DNA from: Dehalococcoidia bacterium
GTDB lineage: Bacteria; Chloroflexota; Dehalococcoidia; Lucifugimonadales; VXLM01
Length of the DNA: 64,000 nt
Reading direction: 5' to 3'
Assembly: GCA_963667105.2 (NCBI GenBank)
Contig: CAXXCN010000003.1
Coordinates: 747,334-811,333, forward strand
The notes beneath the pieces are model-generated. The model was not told where the DNA came from. It ran no database searches and saw only the letters and a list, made by a program, of their open reading frames with translations. Position numbers and translations under genes: made by a program. Of the stretch, positions 63,605 through 64,000 are shown piece after piece; positions within the stretch are counted from its first letter, which is position 1, and each line of letters begins with the position of its first letter.

Positions 63605-64000
63605 CTATCCCGTCCCGTCTCGCCCCGCTATGAAGTCCTCCACCATCTCACGCGCCACTTCGTCGTGGTACTGCACGGGCGGCGACTTCATGAAGTAGGC
63701 CGAGGGCCCAAGGATCGGCCCGCCGACGCCCCGGTCCCGCGCAATCTTCGCGCACCGGATGGCGTCGATTACCACTCCGGCCGAGTTGGGACTGTCCCAG
63801 ACCTCCAGCTTGAGTTCGACGTTCAGCGGCACGTCTCCGAAGCTCGTGCCCTCGAGCCGGATGTATGCCCACTTGCGGTCGGTCAGCCACGGCACGTGGT
63901 CGCTTGGCCCGATGTGGATGTTGTCGGCCTGTATCTCGTTGTCGATCTGCGACCGCACCGACTGCGTCTTGGAGACCTTCTTGCTCGTCAGCCGCTCGCG
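63605..64000 (-). CDS. ino1: myo-Inositol-1-phosphate synthase, C-terminal part; 5' end lies outside the window
   Basis: The frame is open to the window edge. ...[17 protein letters not shown]...[31 protein letters not shown] is typical of the MIPS C-terminus. Confidence 0.85.
   Translation of the reverse strand, partial: RERLTSKKVSKTQSVRSQIDNEIQADNIHIGPSDHVPWLTDRKWAYIRLEGTSFGDVPLNVELKLEVWDSPNSAGVVIDAIRCAKIARDRGVGGPILGPSAYFMKSPPVQYHDEVAREMVEDFIAGRDGTG

Noticed and set aside
1-64000. CRISPR arrays, rRNA genes, IS elements, prophage genes and integrases.
   Set aside because: No regularly spaced 25-40-nt direct repeats with unique spacers were seen. No transposase, integrase, capsid or terminase-like translations appear in any frame of the ORF track. 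The only periodic repeats are the 23-nt iterons (spacers too short for CRISPR) and the coding PT repeats.

Overview
A 64-kb stretch of a high-GC bacterial chromosome with about 65 protein genes and one tRNA-like gene. No rRNA genes, CRISPR arrays, transposases or integrases were seen. Gene content (Ni-superoxide dismutase, LLM flavin oxidoreductase, PhyH dioxygenase, several Nudix hydrolases, glycolate oxidase glcDEF, archaeal-type PEP carboxylase, an inositol-lipid cluster) resembles marine Chloroflexota-like organisms, but that is inference only. Most of the window is ordinary core metabolism: aroC, hisIE, tkt, dnaN, coaE, trmI, manC and glcDEF. Four visibly AT-richer islets interrupt it. 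(1) About 23.5-24.95 kb holds an orphan ORF and a HigB/HigA-type toxin-antitoxin (TA) pair. (2) About 27.85-30.1 kb holds a DNA methyltransferase fused to an HNH nuclease, plus a small Cys-containing ORF. (3) About 35.7-40.7 kb is a defence-island-like region. (4) About 58.35-58.95 kb holds a DUF433/DUF5615 TA pair. Islet 3 is the most interesting. It contains a tightly coupled operon encoding a TIR-domain protein with an unassigned N-terminal domain, a DUF1863/ThsB-type TIR-like protein, and a small three-helix membrane protein. The operon sits directly behind a decayed hsdS fragment. A DUF4143 ATPase gene follows, bracketed by two about 160-bp direct repeats made of tandem 23-bp iterons. I do not recognise this TIR/TIR-like/membrane trio as a named defence system. 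Other points worth a second look are listed as findings. All calls rest on reading the supplied translations and DNA by eye; no database searches were run.
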